The notes under the pieces: generated by a model | Databases searched by the model: none | Seen by the model: the letters and a program-made list of their open reading frames with translations, nothing else | What the model was told of the DNA's origin: nothing | Part shown: piece by piece, positions 17,726 to 28,143 of the stretch | Layout: every line of letters starts with the position of its first letter | Position numbering within the stretch: position 1 is the stretch's first letter | Program-made: the position numbers and the translations under genes | DNA from: an uncultured Actinomycetes bacterium | GTDB lineage: Bacteria; Actinomycetota; Thermoleophilia; RBG-16-64-13 | Direction of reading: 5' to 3' | Assembly: GCA_963706025.1 (NCBI GenBank) | Contig: CAVPLM010000005.1 | Coordinates: forward strand, 224,001 to 288,000 | Length of the DNA: 64,000 bases

Positions 17726-18973
17726 ATGCCTGCAGCTTCCATGAAGCAGCTCCTGGAGTCAGGAGTGCATTTCGGCCACCAGACCCGCCGGTGGAATCCC
17801 AAGATGAAACCCTACATCTTCGCCGAGCGGAGCGGGATCCATATCATCGATTTGCAGCAGACGACGGTCCTCCTCGACCGCGCTTACGATTTCGTGCGCA
17901 ATATCTCGAGCAGGGGCGGGTCCGTGCTTTTCGTCGGGACGAAGAAGCAGTGCCAGGACATCATCCGTGACGAAGCCGGCCGCGTGGGGATGCCCTACGT
18001 GTCCCATCGCTGGTTGGGCGGTCTTCTCACGAACTTTTCTACCATCGAGAACCGCATCAAGCGGATGCATGAGTTACGTAAACTGAGCGAAGAGGGCCAG
18101 TTGGCCCTTCTCCCCACCAAAGAGCGCATGGCGATGGAGCGGGAACTGGAGAAACTGGAGATCAATCTGGGTGGCGTCAGCAGCATGACCCGCCTGCCGG
18201 ACGCCGTGTTCGTGGCCGACCCCAAGCGGGAGGCCATAGCTACCAAGGAAGTCATCAAGCTGGGGTTGCCCCTCATCGGACTGGTCGACACCAACTGCGA
18301 CCCCGACGAGGTGGATTACCTCATCCCGGGCAACGACGACGCCATCCGCTCGTGCGGTCTGATCGTCAAGACCCTCGCTCGCGCGGTGGAGGAAGGTCGC
18401 CAGAAGGTGCAGGTCGCGGAGTTCCTGGCCGCCGAGGCAGCCAGGACGGCGGCTGAGAGCCAGAGTGAGAAGGTCCCGCTTCGTTCAGGCGAGGGAGTAA
18501 GGCCTGCCCCAGGTGAGGCTCCTCAGTCTCGGGTTTCACGAGCTCCTCGCCCCGCGGCCGGTGACGGCCGGTCGGGAGGACCGGGCCGTTCCGGCGGACC
18601 TGGCCGATCGGGAGGGCCGGGTCGCCCTGGTTCAGGAGGCCGTTCCGGCGGAACGGGGAGGCCGGGGTCCCGCGAAGGAGGGCCGGAACAGAGCGCTCCC
18701 GCGCGCAGGCCGGCTTCGCCCAGGCCGGCTTCGCCCAAGCCTGCTTCGCCCAAGCCGGCGAAGAGTGGCGAGAAGGCGGGCACCGAGGTGCCCGTTGGCG
18801 AACCCGTCGCCCAGGAGGCACCGCTCTCGGAGGCGCTCGCCGAGACGGTCGCGCCGGTGATGGAGGCCGCTCCCTCTCCTGTCGCTGAGGTCGTTGACGT
18901 TGCTGAGGCGGCGGAAGGGATCGTGGAGCCCGCGGCCCTCGACGAGGGCGCCGGGGCAGAGCCCGAGGCTTGA
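17726..18973 (+). CDS. rpsB: 30S ribosomal protein S2 with ~180-aa low-complexity C-terminal tail
   Basis: LLESGVHFGHQTRRWNPKMKPYIF, FVGTKKQ, DTNCDP, PGNDDAIRS. Confidence 0.97.
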   Translation: MPAASMKQLLESGVHFGHQTRRWNPKMKPYIFAERSGIHIIDLQQTTVLLDRAYDFVRNISSRGGSVLFVGTKKQCQDIIRDEAGRVGMPYVSHRWLGGLLTNFSTIENRIKRMHELRKLSEEGQLALLPTKERMAMERELEKLEINLGGVSSMTRLPDAVFVADPKREAIATKEVIKLGLPLIGLVDTNCDPDEVDYLIPGNDDAIRSCGLIVKTLARAVEEGRQKVQVAEFLAAEAARTAAESQSEKVPLRSGEGVRPAPGEAPQSRVSRAPRPAAGDGRSGGPGRSGGPGRSGGPGRPGSGGRSGGTGRPGSREGGPEQSAPARRPASPRPASPKPASPKPAKSGEKAGTEVPVGEPVAQEAPLSEALAETVAPVMEAAPSPVAEVVDVAEAAEGIVEPAALDEGAGAEPEA

Positions 18974-19050
18974 TCCGAGGCCGGGGTGGGTGCACGAGCG
19001 GGGAGCGCGGCTCCCTGAGGTCGCCTGGCGCGGCCCCACGGCCTGGATCA
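18971..19050. repeat. ~80-nt intergenic palindrome between rpsB and tsf
   Basis: TGATCC-g-AGGCCG pairs with CGGCCT-GGATCA; inner GGGAGC/GCTCCC hairpin. Confidence 0.6.
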
Positions 19051-19088
19051 TTGAAGACGGTAATCGTCGTTGTGACGGAGGCTGATTG

Positions 19089-19691
<603 letters not shown>

Positions 19692-19761
19692 GGGCGCTGC
19701 ATTCCATCAACCAGGCCTCCGGGCGAGGTCATGCCGCGAGGGAGGCCCAGAGCGAGGAGAT

Positions 19762-20508
19762 ATGGGCGAGCAACCGGTGTGTAGGAGGGTCCTGCTCAAG
19801 CTAAGCGGGGAAGCCCTCATGGGGGATCTGAGCTACGGTATCGACCCGGAGCGGCTGCGGGTGGTGGCAGGAGAAGTCTCCGAAGTGGTGTCCGGCGGCA
19901 CCGAGATGGCCATCGTCGTCGGGGGGGGCAACATCTTCAGGGGTGTGTCGGGCGCAGCCCAGGGCATCGAGCGGGCCACGGCCGACTACATGGGGATGCT
20001 GGCCACAGTCATGAACTCTGTCGCTCTGCAGGATGCGCTTCGGAAGTTGGACACGGATTCACGGGTCCTTTCGGCCATCGATATGCAGGAGATCTGCGAG
20101 CCCTACATCCGGGGGCGGGCCATCCGCCACCTGGAAAAAGGGAGAGTGGTTGTATTCGCGGCCGGTACCGGCAACCCGTTCTTCAGTACCGACACAGCCG
20201 CCGCCCTCCGGGCTTTGGAGATCGGAGCCGGATGCCTGCTCATGGCCAAGAAGAAGTTCGATGGTGTCTATGACGCCGATCCGGAGATCGACCCCGATGC
20301 ACGACTTATAGATAGCATCACCCATCGCGAAGCACTGGAGCGGGGTCTCAGAGTCATGGACTCGACCGCCCTCTCGCTCTGCATGGACAACCATCTGCCG
20401 ATAATGGTGTTCAATATGAATGTGCCAGGCAACATCCGCCGCGTCCTTCACGGCGAGCGGGTGGGCACGATAGTCTCAGATGGCGTCGATCGAAGGGGAG
20501 AGGAATGA
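19762..20508 (+). CDS. pyrH: UMP kinase
   Basis: [35 protein letters not shown]. Confidence 0.97.
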   Translation: MGEQPVCRRVLLKLSGEALMGDLSYGIDPERLRVVAGEVSEVVSGGTEMAIVVGGGNIFRGVSGAAQGIERATADYMGMLATVMNSVALQDALRKLDTDSRVLSAIDMQEICEPYIRGRAIRHLEKGRVVVFAAGTGNPFFSTDTAAALRALEIGAGCLLMAKKKFDGVYDADPEIDPDARLIDSITHREALERGLRVMDSTALSLCMDNHLPIMVFNMNVPGNIRRVLHGERVGTIVSDGVDRRGEE

Positions 20509-21062
20509 TCCGCGAACTGATCGCCGACGGCAAGCGGCGCATGGAAAGCGCGCTCGATGCGCTCCGGAGCGAGTTCAATACCGTGCGAACGGGCCGTGCC
20601 TCCACGGGACTTCTCGACAGGCTGCACGTGGACTACTACGGCGCAAGAACTCCGCTGAAGCAGATGGCCAGTCTGGCCACTCCGGACCCACGGACGATAT
20701 CCATCACCGTCTACGACAAGAACGCGGTTAACGCGGTCGTCCGGGCCATACAGGAGTCCGATCTGGCGCTGACCCCGAATACCGAAGGCACGGTCATCCG
20801 GCTCAACATCCCCACGCTGACGGCCGAACGGCGCAAGGATCTGGCCAAGTTGGTCAAGAACATGGCCGAGGAGAGCCGTATCGCAATACGGAACGTCCGC
20901 CGGGATGTCATCCACGACCTCAAAGAGCTCAAGAAAGACGGCGAGATCTCGGAAGACGATGAGCACCGGGCCGAAGAAGAGGTACAAAAGCTGACCGACG
21001 GTTTCATCGAGAAGGTCAACGACCTGGTGCACCACAAGGAAGACGAGATCCTCGAGATCTGA
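20505..21062 (+). CDS. frr: Ribosome recycling factor
   Basis: [26 protein letters not shown]. Confidence 0.97.
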   Translation: MIRELIADGKRRMESALDALRSEFNTVRTGRASTGLLDRLHVDYYGARTPLKQMASLATPDPRTISITVYDKNAVNAVVRAIQESDLALTPNTEGTVIRLNIPTLTAERRKDLAKLVKNMAEESRIAIRNVRRDVIHDLKELKKDGEISEDDEHRAEEEVQKLTDGFIEKVNDLVHHKEDEILEI

Positions 21063-21063
21063 C

Positions 21064-21861
21064 GTGAGCCTACCGGACTGGCGTAACGCTCTGAAACGAG
21101 TTCTTAGGGGCCGGGGTTGGAGAGACGTCCCTGACAGGACCACAGCCGGGCCGGGGAGTGCGATCCCCTTCCATGTCGCCATAATCATGGACGGCAACGG
21201 CCGGTGGGCCCGGCGCCGGCATCTACCCGTGGCCGCCGGTCACCGGGCGGGTACACGGGCCGTACGGCGGGTGATCGAAGCGGCGCGTGACGCGGGGATC
21301 GGGCAACTCACCCTCTACTCCTTTTCGACCGAGAACTGGAGTCGACCAACAGAGGAGGTCGAGGGGCTCATGCAGTTGCACGCGGAGATGATCGACAGCG
21401 AGGTACCCACTCTCCACGAGAACGACTGCAGGGTCGTCTTCGTGGGCCGGCGCGGGGGATTCAGCGACGACCTCCTCGCCAAGATGGAGTGGGCGGAGCA
21501 ACTGACGGCCGGCAATCGGCGGATGATCCTCTTCATCGCCTTCAACTATGGGGGCCGGGGAGAGGTCGTCGACGCGGTGCGCCGCGCGGCGGCCGCCGGC
21601 GTCGACCCCGCCGTGATCGACGAAGCCGACATAGCCCGTCATCTCTACTCTCCTCTCATGCGCGATGCGGACCTGGTCATCCGCACTTCCGGCGAGAAGC
21701 GGCTGTCGAACTTCCTGCTCTGGCAGTCCGCCTACTCCGAACTGTATTTCTGGGATGGCCTGTGGCCGGATTTCGACGAGAAGGAATTCCAGCGCGCTCT
21801 GGACGACTATGCGGCGCGCGAGCGCCGGTACGGCGCTCGCGCCGAGGATGCCGATGCTTAG
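21064..21861 (+). CDS. uppS: Isoprenyl (undecaprenyl) diphosphate synthase
   Basis: [43 protein letters not shown]. Confidence 0.96.
   Translation: MSLPDWRNALKRVLRGRGWRDVPDRTTAGPGSAIPFHVAIIMDGNGRWARRRHLPVAAGHRAGTRAVRRVIEAARDAGIGQLTLYSFSTENWSRPTEEVEGLMQLHAEMIDSEVPTLHENDCRVVFVGRRGGFSDDLLAKMEWAEQLTAGNRRMILFIAFNYGGRGEVVDAVRRAAAAGVDPAVIDEADIARHLYSPLMRDADLVIRTSGEKRLSNFLLWQSAYSELYFWDGLWPDFDEKEFQRALDDYAARERRYGARAEDADA
21078..21108 (-). repeat. End-only remnant of the palindromic element inside the uppS 5' region
   Basis: TCTGAAACGAGTTCTTAGG (21090-21108) is identical to 52544-52562; upstream CTGGCGTAACG matches the reverse complement of the element's left arm. Confidence 0.65.
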
Positions 21862-22651
21862 ATACCGCGTGCTTGTCGCCGTGGTCGGCATCCCCATAGG
21901 ACTGGCGGCGGTCATCCTGGGGGGTTACTACTTCTTCGGCTTGGCGGTGTTGCTGACCGTGCTCGGACTGCACGAGTACTACACGATCGTGAGGCCGTAC
22001 CGGCCCAACCTTCTGGTGGGCTTCCTGGCCGGACTCGGGGTCGTGGCCGGTGCCTTCTTCTTGGATGTCTCGGGTATCCTGGCCGGTTTGGCCGCCCTGG
22101 TCATCTTGACCTTCTTCTGGTCGCTTTTCGGCGAACTGGGAGCGCACTTGGTCGGGCGGATGGCCGTGACAGGGTTCGGCATCCTATGGGTGGCTATGGG
22201 TTTCGCGTATCTGCTGCTGCTGCGGGCGCTCGAGCACGGCATGGCTTTGACCATCCTGGTGATGGCCTGCACGATGCTAAGCGACACTTTTGCCTACTTC
22301 GTGGGGCGGGCCATCGGGCGTCATCGCATGGCTCCCCGCATCTCCCCGAACAAGTCGGTCGAAGGCGCCATCGGAGGATTGGTCGGGGCTGTCGTGGCGG
22401 CGTTGGTCGTGAAGATCTATTCGCCCTGGCTGCCGACCATGGAGGCGGTGGTTCTAGGGCTGATCATCGGCGTGGTCGGACAATGGGGTGACCTGTTCGA
22501 GTCCGCCTTCAAGCGGGATTTCCGGGTCAAGGATTCAGGAAGGATCCTGCCGGGTCACGGAGGGATCCTCGATCGTTTCGACTCTATCCTCTTCGCCGGG
22601 TTCGTCGCTTACTGGGCGTCCCTTGTGCTGTTGGGTGATCTGGTGAAATGA
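21854..22651 (+). CDS. cdsA: Phosphatidate cytidylyltransferase
   Basis: Multi-TM; [47 protein letters not shown]. Confidence 0.96.
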   Translation: MLRYRVLVAVVGIPIGLAAVILGGYYFFGLAVLLTVLGLHEYYTIVRPYRPNLLVGFLAGLGVVAGAFFLDVSGILAGLAALVILTFFWSLFGELGAHLVGRMAVTGFGILWVAMGFAYLLLLRALEHGMALTILVMACTMLSDTFAYFVGRAIGRHRMAPRISPNKSVEGAIGGLVGAVVAALVVKIYSPWLPTMEAVVLGLIIGVVGQWGDLFESAFKRDFRVKDSGRILPGHGGILDRFDSILFAGFVAYWASLVLLGDLVK

Positions 22652-22715
22652 AGCGGGTCGTCGCGTGAAGCGGGTCGTCGCATGAGGCGGGCCGTCGCGT
22701 GAAGCGCGTCGTCAT
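22648..22715 (+). repeat. 17-bp tandem repeat x4; the first three units encode stop/start-coupled hexapeptides and the fourth is the dxr start
   Basis: ATGAAGCGGGTCGTCGC / GTGAAGCGGGTCGTCGC / ATGAGGCGGGCCGTCGC / GTGAAGCGCGTCGTCAT. Confidence 0.92.
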
Positions 22716-23859
22716 CCTGGGCGCCACCGGGTCGATCGGATTGCAGGCCCTCCAGGTGGTCGCCGCCAGCAGCGACCTGACGGTGGCGGGTCTGTCCTGC
22801 GACCGGAATGTGAAGTTGCTTCTGGAGCAGGCCGTCTCGCTAGGAGTGCGCGATCTAGCGGTAGCCGACGTCGCAGCCGCGGGGACCGTCTCTCCAGCCC
22901 TCTATCCGGAGCTGAACCTGCGGAAGGGTCCGGGCGCGGCCGCGCGTTTGGTGCGGGAGGTGGAAGCCGACCTTGTGTTGAACGCCATCGTAGGCTTCGC
23001 GGGGTTGGAGTCGACCATCGCCGCGCTGGAGAGCGGCAGGGCTCTCGCCTTGGCCAACAAAGAGAGCCTGGTCTGCGCCGGCTCGTTGGTGACGGGTCTG
23101 GCTGCCCGGCGGCGGATCGAGATCTTACCGGTGGACTCGGAGCACTCGGCCCTCTATCAATTGATCGCCTCCGCCGATAGAAGAACGGTGGGCTCGGTGA
23201 TCATCACCTCTTCCGGAGGGCCTTTCCGGGGCAAGAAACAGGCGGAACTGGCCGGGGTCACCCGGGATGAGGCGCTGGCTCATCCCACCTGGTCGATGGG
23301 GGAGAAGATAAGTATCGACTCCGCTACCCTCATGAACAAAGGGCTGGAGGTCATCGAAGCCCATCATCTCTTCGACCTGGCCTATGACCAGATCGAAGTC
23401 GTCGTGCATCCCCAGTCGCTGGTACACGCTCTCGTACGGCTGATCGACGGCGCCTTGCTGGCCCATCTCGGGCCTGCCGACATGCGGGTTCCTATCGCGT
23501 ACGCGCTACACCATCCGGAGAGAGCATGCGTGGAGGTCGGACCTCTCGACCTCTCAGGCGGGCTCGCTCTCGAGTTCTGGGCGCCCGACGAGGAGACGTT
23601 TCCTGCGGTCCGATTGGCACGGGAGGCGGGGATCCGGGGTGATGCGGCGACCTGCGCCCTCAACGCGGCGAACGAAGTGGCCGTCAGTGCTTTCTTGGAG
23701 GGAGTCCTGCCGTTTATGGGTATATACGAAGTGGTGGAGACGGTCTTGGCCCAGAGCGACGGAGGCGATCTGGGAACTTACGCGGAGGTCGCGGCCGTCG
23801 ATGAGTTGGCCAGAAGCAGGGCCGCTCAGGCCTGTGCCGGGCAATCCATAGGGAGATAG
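22699..23859 (+). CDS. dxr: 1-deoxy-D-xylulose 5-phosphate reductoisomerase
   Basis: LGATGSIG, ALANKESLV, PVDSEH, HPTWSMG.KISIDSATLMNKGLE, NAANE. Confidence 0.97.
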   Translation: MKRVVILGATGSIGLQALQVVAASSDLTVAGLSCDRNVKLLLEQAVSLGVRDLAVADVAAAGTVSPALYPELNLRKGPGAAARLVREVEADLVLNAIVGFAGLESTIAALESGRALALANKESLVCAGSLVTGLAARRRIEILPVDSEHSALYQLIASADRRTVGSVIITSSGGPFRGKKQAELAGVTRDEALAHPTWSMGEKISIDSATLMNKGLEVIEAHHLFDLAYDQIEVVVHPQSLVHALVRLIDGALLAHLGPADMRVPIAYALHHPERACVEVGPLDLSGGLALEFWAPDEETFPAVRLAREAGIRGDAATCALNAANEVAVSAFLEGVLPFMGIYEVVETVLAQSDGGDLGTYAEVAAVDELARSRAAQACAGQSIGR

Positions 23860-23865
23860 GATCTT

Positions 23866-25053
23866 GTGTTGAGTGTCATCGGGGTCATCGTAGCCATCGT
23901 GGGACTGGGGTTCCTGATCCTGGCTCACGAATTCGGTCACTTCATCGTGGCCAAGGCCACGGGCATGAGGGTGGAGGAATTCAGCTTGGGCTTTGGCCGC
24001 TACCTCTTCAGTCGCCGTGTCGGAGAGACCATCTATGGGATATCCGCGCTGCCTCTGGGGGGATATGTGCGGGTCACCGGGATGCATAGGGAGGAGTTCG
24101 AAGCCCGAGTGGCGGAGGCCCTGGAGGAGGAGCGCCGACAGTCGGGGTCGCTGGATGGGGACGAAGAGTGGGAGACCAAGCACCGCCCCCAAGACCCTGA
24201 GGATCGTCTGGCCGGGAAGCGGGCACTGAGCGCCGCTGAGATCGCCGCCACGCCGCTCGAGCGCCGCTACTACTCCCATCCGTTCTTTCACAAACTCGCG
24301 TTCATCGTGGCCGGCGTGGCCATGAACATGATAGTGGCGTTCCTGCTCATCTTCATCGTGGGTCTCAGCCAGGGAGAGGGCATCACCAGCACGGTCATCG
24401 CCGAGGTGGAGGCTGGGACGCCGGCCGCGGCGGCCGGCGTCCAGCCCGGGGACCGTGTCGTGAGTCTCAACGGCACCGAAACCGATACCTGGGAGGAGGT
24501 GCGGACGCAGATCATCCTCAATCCGGGCGAAGAGGTCGCTCTGATGGTGGAGCGGGACGGCGCCCTGGTCGAGTTGACCGCCGACCTCGCCGAGCAAGAG
24601 GACGGCACCGGCTACCTCGGCGTGCAGCCCACCTTCGAGCACAGGGATCTCGGGGTGATCGGGGCTCTGGGCTATGCGGCCAGGACCACTGCCGGTATGG
24701 TGACGCTTATCTTCAAAGGGATCGGCATGATGTTCAGCGGTCAGGTGCCGGTGACCGGCTCGCAGGGCCTGGCCGGTCCGGTGGGCATCATCCAACTCTC
24801 CAGCGAAGCCGTACAAGGCGGCTACTACCTCATGCTGTTGGCCCTCATCAGCGTCAATCTGGCCATCCTCAACATGCTGCCTCTGCTGCCGCTCGACGGC
24901 GGGCACGTGCTCTTCAGCATCATCGAGCGTATCCGGGGCCGGAGCATCTCCCTGCGGGCATTCGAGCGGATCTCTATGGTGGGGTTCGCACTTTTCGTCC
25001 TCCTCTTCATCGTAGCCACCTCCAACGACATCGGCCGTATCTTCGGCGGTTAG
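23866..25053 (+). CDS. rseP: RIP metalloprotease RseP (M50 with PDZ)
   Basis: HEFGH, GGYV, PDZ segment, NMLPLLPLDGG. Confidence 0.94.
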   Translation: MLSVIGVIVAIVGLGFLILAHEFGHFIVAKATGMRVEEFSLGFGRYLFSRRVGETIYGISALPLGGYVRVTGMHREEFEARVAEALEEERRQSGSLDGDEEWETKHRPQDPEDRLAGKRALSAAEIAATPLERRYYSHPFFHKLAFIVAGVAMNMIVAFLLIFIVGLSQGEGITSTVIAEVEAGTPAAAAGVQPGDRVVSLNGTETDTWEEVRTQIILNPGEEVALMVERDGALVELTADLAEQEDGTGYLGVQPTFEHRDLGVIGALGYAARTTAGMVTLIFKGIGMMFSGQVPVTGSQGLAGPVGIIQLSSEAVQGGYYLMLLALISVNLAILNMLPLLPLDGGHVLFSIIERIRGRSISLRAFERISMVGFALFVLLFIVATSNDIGRIFGG

Positions 25054-25066
25054 CTCGGAGCGGACC

Positions 25067-26200
25067 GTGCCCAGCGAACGCAGGGTCATCATCGGCGGGG
25101 TACAGGTGGGCGGCGGTGCTCCGGTGGTGGTCCAGTCCATGACCAACACCCGCACCGACGATGTCGAGGCGACCCTGAGTCAGATCCGGGCCCTGGTCAC
25201 GGCCGGAGCGGGGTTGGTGCGGGTGGCGGTGCCCGACCCCGCCGCTGCCGCGGCTGTCCGGGAGTTGACGGCGGAGTCACCCGTGCCTCTTATCGCCGAC
25301 GTCCACTTCGACCACCGCCTGGCCGTAGCCGCTCTGCGGGTCGGGGCGGCCGGTGTGCGCATCAATCCGGGGAACATCGGGGGGCGGCTCGAGGTCCGCG
25401 AGGTGGTGGACGCGGCCCGAGAAATGGGGGCGGTCATCCGGGTGGGGGTCAACAGCGGTTCTCTGCAACGTGATCTGCGGGGATTGGAGGAGAAGGACCC
25501 GGCCGGCGCCCTGGTGGAATCCGCGGTCCGCTACTGCGAGCTGATGGGGGAGCTTGATTTCCACGAACTCAAGGTCTCGGTGAAGTCCTCTTCGCCGCTG
25601 GTCACGATCGCCGCCAACCGCCTGTTGGCCAGGCGCATCCCCTATCCGCTGCATCTGGGCCTGACGGAGGCCGGTACGCGCTGGGCGGGCTCCATCAGGA
25701 GCGCCGTGGTCTTGGGCGTACTGCTGGGCGAAGGAGTGGGCGATACCATCCGAGTGTCGCTCACCGGGGATCCGGTGGAGGAAGTGCGCGTGGCCTGGGA
25801 GATACTGCGCACGCTCGGTCTCGCACCGCGGGGACCGCGGGTCATCTCCTGTCCCACGTGCGGGCGGACCCGGATCGATCTGGAGCCGTTGGCCCTAGAG
25901 GTGGAGCGGCGCTTGGAAGCGTTGGGGCTCGAGCTTGAAGTAGCCGTCATGGGCTGCGTGGTGAACGGACCTGGAGAGGCGCGGAAGGCGGACTTCGGGA
26001 TCGCCGGAGGAGAAGGCGAGGGAGTCGTGTTCGCCGCCGGGAGACCGGTCAAGAGGGTGGCCCAGGAAGCATTGGTGGAGGCGCTCTTCGCCGAGATCGC
26101 CTCCCGCTGGCCGGAGTCCGGGGGCGGAGGTGGGAAGGCCGTGCTGGGTGGTCCGGGTGGCGGGCTCGCTGATGGCCCTGAGGACGGCGTGGCCTGCTAG
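25067..26200 (+). CDS. ispG: HMBPP synthase IspG
   Basis: VQSMTNT, RINPGNIG, HLGLTEAG, CPTCGR, MGCVVNGPGE. Confidence 0.97.
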   Translation: MPSERRVIIGGVQVGGGAPVVVQSMTNTRTDDVEATLSQIRALVTAGAGLVRVAVPDPAAAAAVRELTAESPVPLIADVHFDHRLAVAALRVGAAGVRINPGNIGGRLEVREVVDAAREMGAVIRVGVNSGSLQRDLRGLEEKDPAGALVESAVRYCELMGELDFHELKVSVKSSSPLVTIAANRLLARRIPYPLHLGLTEAGTRWAGSIRSAVVLGVLLGEGVGDTIRVSLTGDPVEEVRVAWEILRTLGLAPRGPRVISCPTCGRTRIDLEPLALEVERRLEALGLELEVAVMGCVVNGPGEARKADFGIAGGEGEGVVFAAGRPVKRVAQEALVEALFAEIASRWPESGGGGGKAVLGGPGGGLADGPEDGVAC

Positions 26201-26269
26201 ACTGTCTGCACCGCGGGCGCGAGTTTCAAGCCGTGCGCCAGTCTCTCACATGCATCCGAGGAGGGATCG

Positions 26270-28006
26270 ATGCGGGCGACCGCTTTTTTCATGCCGACAG
26301 TGAAGGAAGACCCGGCCGATGCCGAGGCCGTCAGTCACAAGCTGATGGTGCGCGCCGGTTTCGTCCGCCAGTTCGCCTCCGGCATCTACATCATGCTGCC
26401 CCTCGGCTGGCTGGTGATACGGCGTATCTGTCGCATCGTCCGGGAGGAGATGGATGCCATCGGGGCGGTGGAGCTGTCCATGCCCACGATGCATCCCGCA
26501 GATGTGTGGCAGGCGACCGGCCGTTACGACGCCATCGGTCCGGAGATGTTCCGGTTCAAGGACCGCGGCGGCCGGGACATGGTCCTAGCCATGACCCACG
26601 AGGAGGTCTTCGCCTGGCTGGCATCGCGGGAGCTGCGATCCTATCGCGACCTGCCCCAGATCTGGTACCAGCTGCAGCTCAAGTTCCGAGACGAACCCCG
26701 GGCCAAGGGCGGTGTGCTCCGGGTCCGGGAGTTCCTCATGAAGGACTCCTACTCCTTTGACGTGGACGAGGCGGGCCTCGACAAGAGCTACGCGAGGCAT
26801 ATCGGCGCCTACGACCGCATCTTCACCCGCTGCGGCCTCGATTTCTATCGGGTGGAGAGTGACAGCGGGTTCATGGGAGGGGCTCAAGCTCACGAGTACA
26901 TGGCGCCCTCCCGTGCCGGCGAGGATCGGGTGGCCCTATGCCCGGCCTGCGGTTACTCCGCCAACTTAGAGTTGGCTCGGTCGGTGGCCCGCCCTCCGAA
27001 GGTGGCCGGAGGCTCCAGCGGCACAGCACCTCGAGAGATAGCGACGCCTGAGCAGCGGACCATAGAGCAGGTGTCCGCTTTCTTGGACCTTCCCTCGACT
27101 TCGATAATCAAGACGTTGGTCTACATGGCTGGGGACTCGCCCATCATGGTCCTCGTGCGCGGAGACCATGCCTTGCACGAGAACAAGCTGGCTCGCTTTC
27201 TGAAGAGCGAGGTGCGCCCGGCGCACCCGGAGGAGGTCAAGGCGGCTACCGGCGCCGAGGTTGGTTTCGTAGGGCCGGTCGGCCTTCCCCCGGGTAGGCT
27301 GCGGGTTGTGGCCGACGAGACTCTGCGCCCCACCGGTCCCGACGATGCGGCCGATCCGCGAGAGTACGCAACGGGCGCCAACAGGGATCAGACCCATCTT
27401 CTCGGCGTGGTGGTCGGACGTGATTTCGACCCGGAATACGCCGACCTGCGCGAGGCCGAGGGGGGAGATGGCTGCCCGGAATGCGGCCGTCCGCTCGTGA
27501 TCGAGCAGGTGATCGAAGTCGGCAACATATTCAAACTGGGCACTAAGTACACCGTGCCTCTGGGGGCCACGATCCTCGATGAGGGGGGGCGGGAGCGTCC
27601 CATAGTGATGGGCTCATACGGCATCGGTCCGGCCCGCATCGCCGCGGCCGCGATCGAACAGAGTCACGACGAGCGCGGCATCGTCTGGCCCAAGAGCATC
27701 GCTCCGTTCGACGTCCATCTGGTCCAGGTCCAGGCCAAGGATCCCGCACAGAGTGACGTAGCGCGAGCCCTCTACGAGGGCTTGATGGAGGAAGGTCGGG
27801 AAGTGCTCTGGGACGACCGCGACGAGCGCCCTGGCGTCAAGTTCGCCGACGCCGAGCTCATCGGATGCCCGATCCGGGTCACGGTGGGCAAGAAGACCTC
27901 GGACGGGGTGGTAGAGGTGGAACCGCGTGCCGGGGGCGGGCGTGAAGAGGTGCTCATCGCGGACTGCTGTGCTCGCGTGAACGCCCTGTGGCAGGCTGCG
28001 CGTTGA
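26270..28006 (+). CDS. proS: Proline--tRNA ligase (with insertion/editing domain)
   Basis: THEEV, KFRDEPR..GVLRVREFLMKD, IEVGNIFKLG, MGSYGIG, anticodon-binding domain. Confidence 0.97.
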   Translation: MRATAFFMPTVKEDPADAEAVSHKLMVRAGFVRQFASGIYIMLPLGWLVIRRICRIVREEMDAIGAVELSMPTMHPADVWQATGRYDAIGPEMFRFKDRGGRDMVLAMTHEEVFAWLASRELRSYRDLPQIWYQLQLKFRDEPRAKGGVLRVREFLMKDSYSFDVDEAGLDKSYARHIGAYDRIFTRCGLDFYRVESDSGFMGGAQAHEYMAPSRAGEDRVALCPACGYSANLELARSVARPPKVAGGSSGTAPREIATPEQRTIEQVSAFLDLPSTSIIKTLVYMAGDSPIMVLVRGDHALHENKLARFLKSEVRPAHPEEVKAATGAEVGFVGPVGLPPGRLRVVADETLRPTGPDDAADPREYATGANRDQTHLLGVVVGRDFDPEYADLREAEGGDGCPECGRPLVIEQVIEVGNIFKLGTKYTVPLGATILDEGGRERPIVMGSYGIGPARIAAAAIEQSHDERGIVWPKSIAPFDVHLVQVQAKDPAQSDVARALYEGLMEEGREVLWDDRDERPGVKFADAELIGCPIRVTVGKKTSDGVVEVEPRAGGGREEVLIADCCARVNALWQAAR

Positions 28007-28037
28007 CCCTTGGTTTCTGTGAGTGAAGCCACTTTTC

Positions 28038-28067
28038 TTGCGAGGTTGACGGGCTGCGTGCTATAAT
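28038..28067 (+). promoter_or_regulatory. Promoter of the rimP-nusA-infB operon
   Basis: TTGCGA (28038-28043), 18 nt, extended -10 TGcTATAAT (28059-28067). Confidence 0.7.
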
Positions 28068-28097
28068 CCGCCCGTAACAAAGCCAATCTGTTTCGCC

Positions 28098-28129
28098 AAA
28101 GTGGGTGCAGTCGGGCCCACTTTTGTTTT
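28098..28129 (+). terminator. rimP leader terminator/attenuator hairpin
   Basis: AAAGTGGG-loop-CCCACTTTTGTTTT between promoter and rimP SD; resembles the conserved rimP leader hairpin. Confidence 0.75.
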
Positions 28130-28143
28130 ACTCGAGGGAGATC

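Noticed and set aside
22648-22715. CRISPR-like repeat array
   Set aside because: Units are contiguous with no spacers, and there are no cas genes
26200-26270. T-box leader upstream of proS
   Set aside because: The spacer is only ~70 nt and has no T-box consensus
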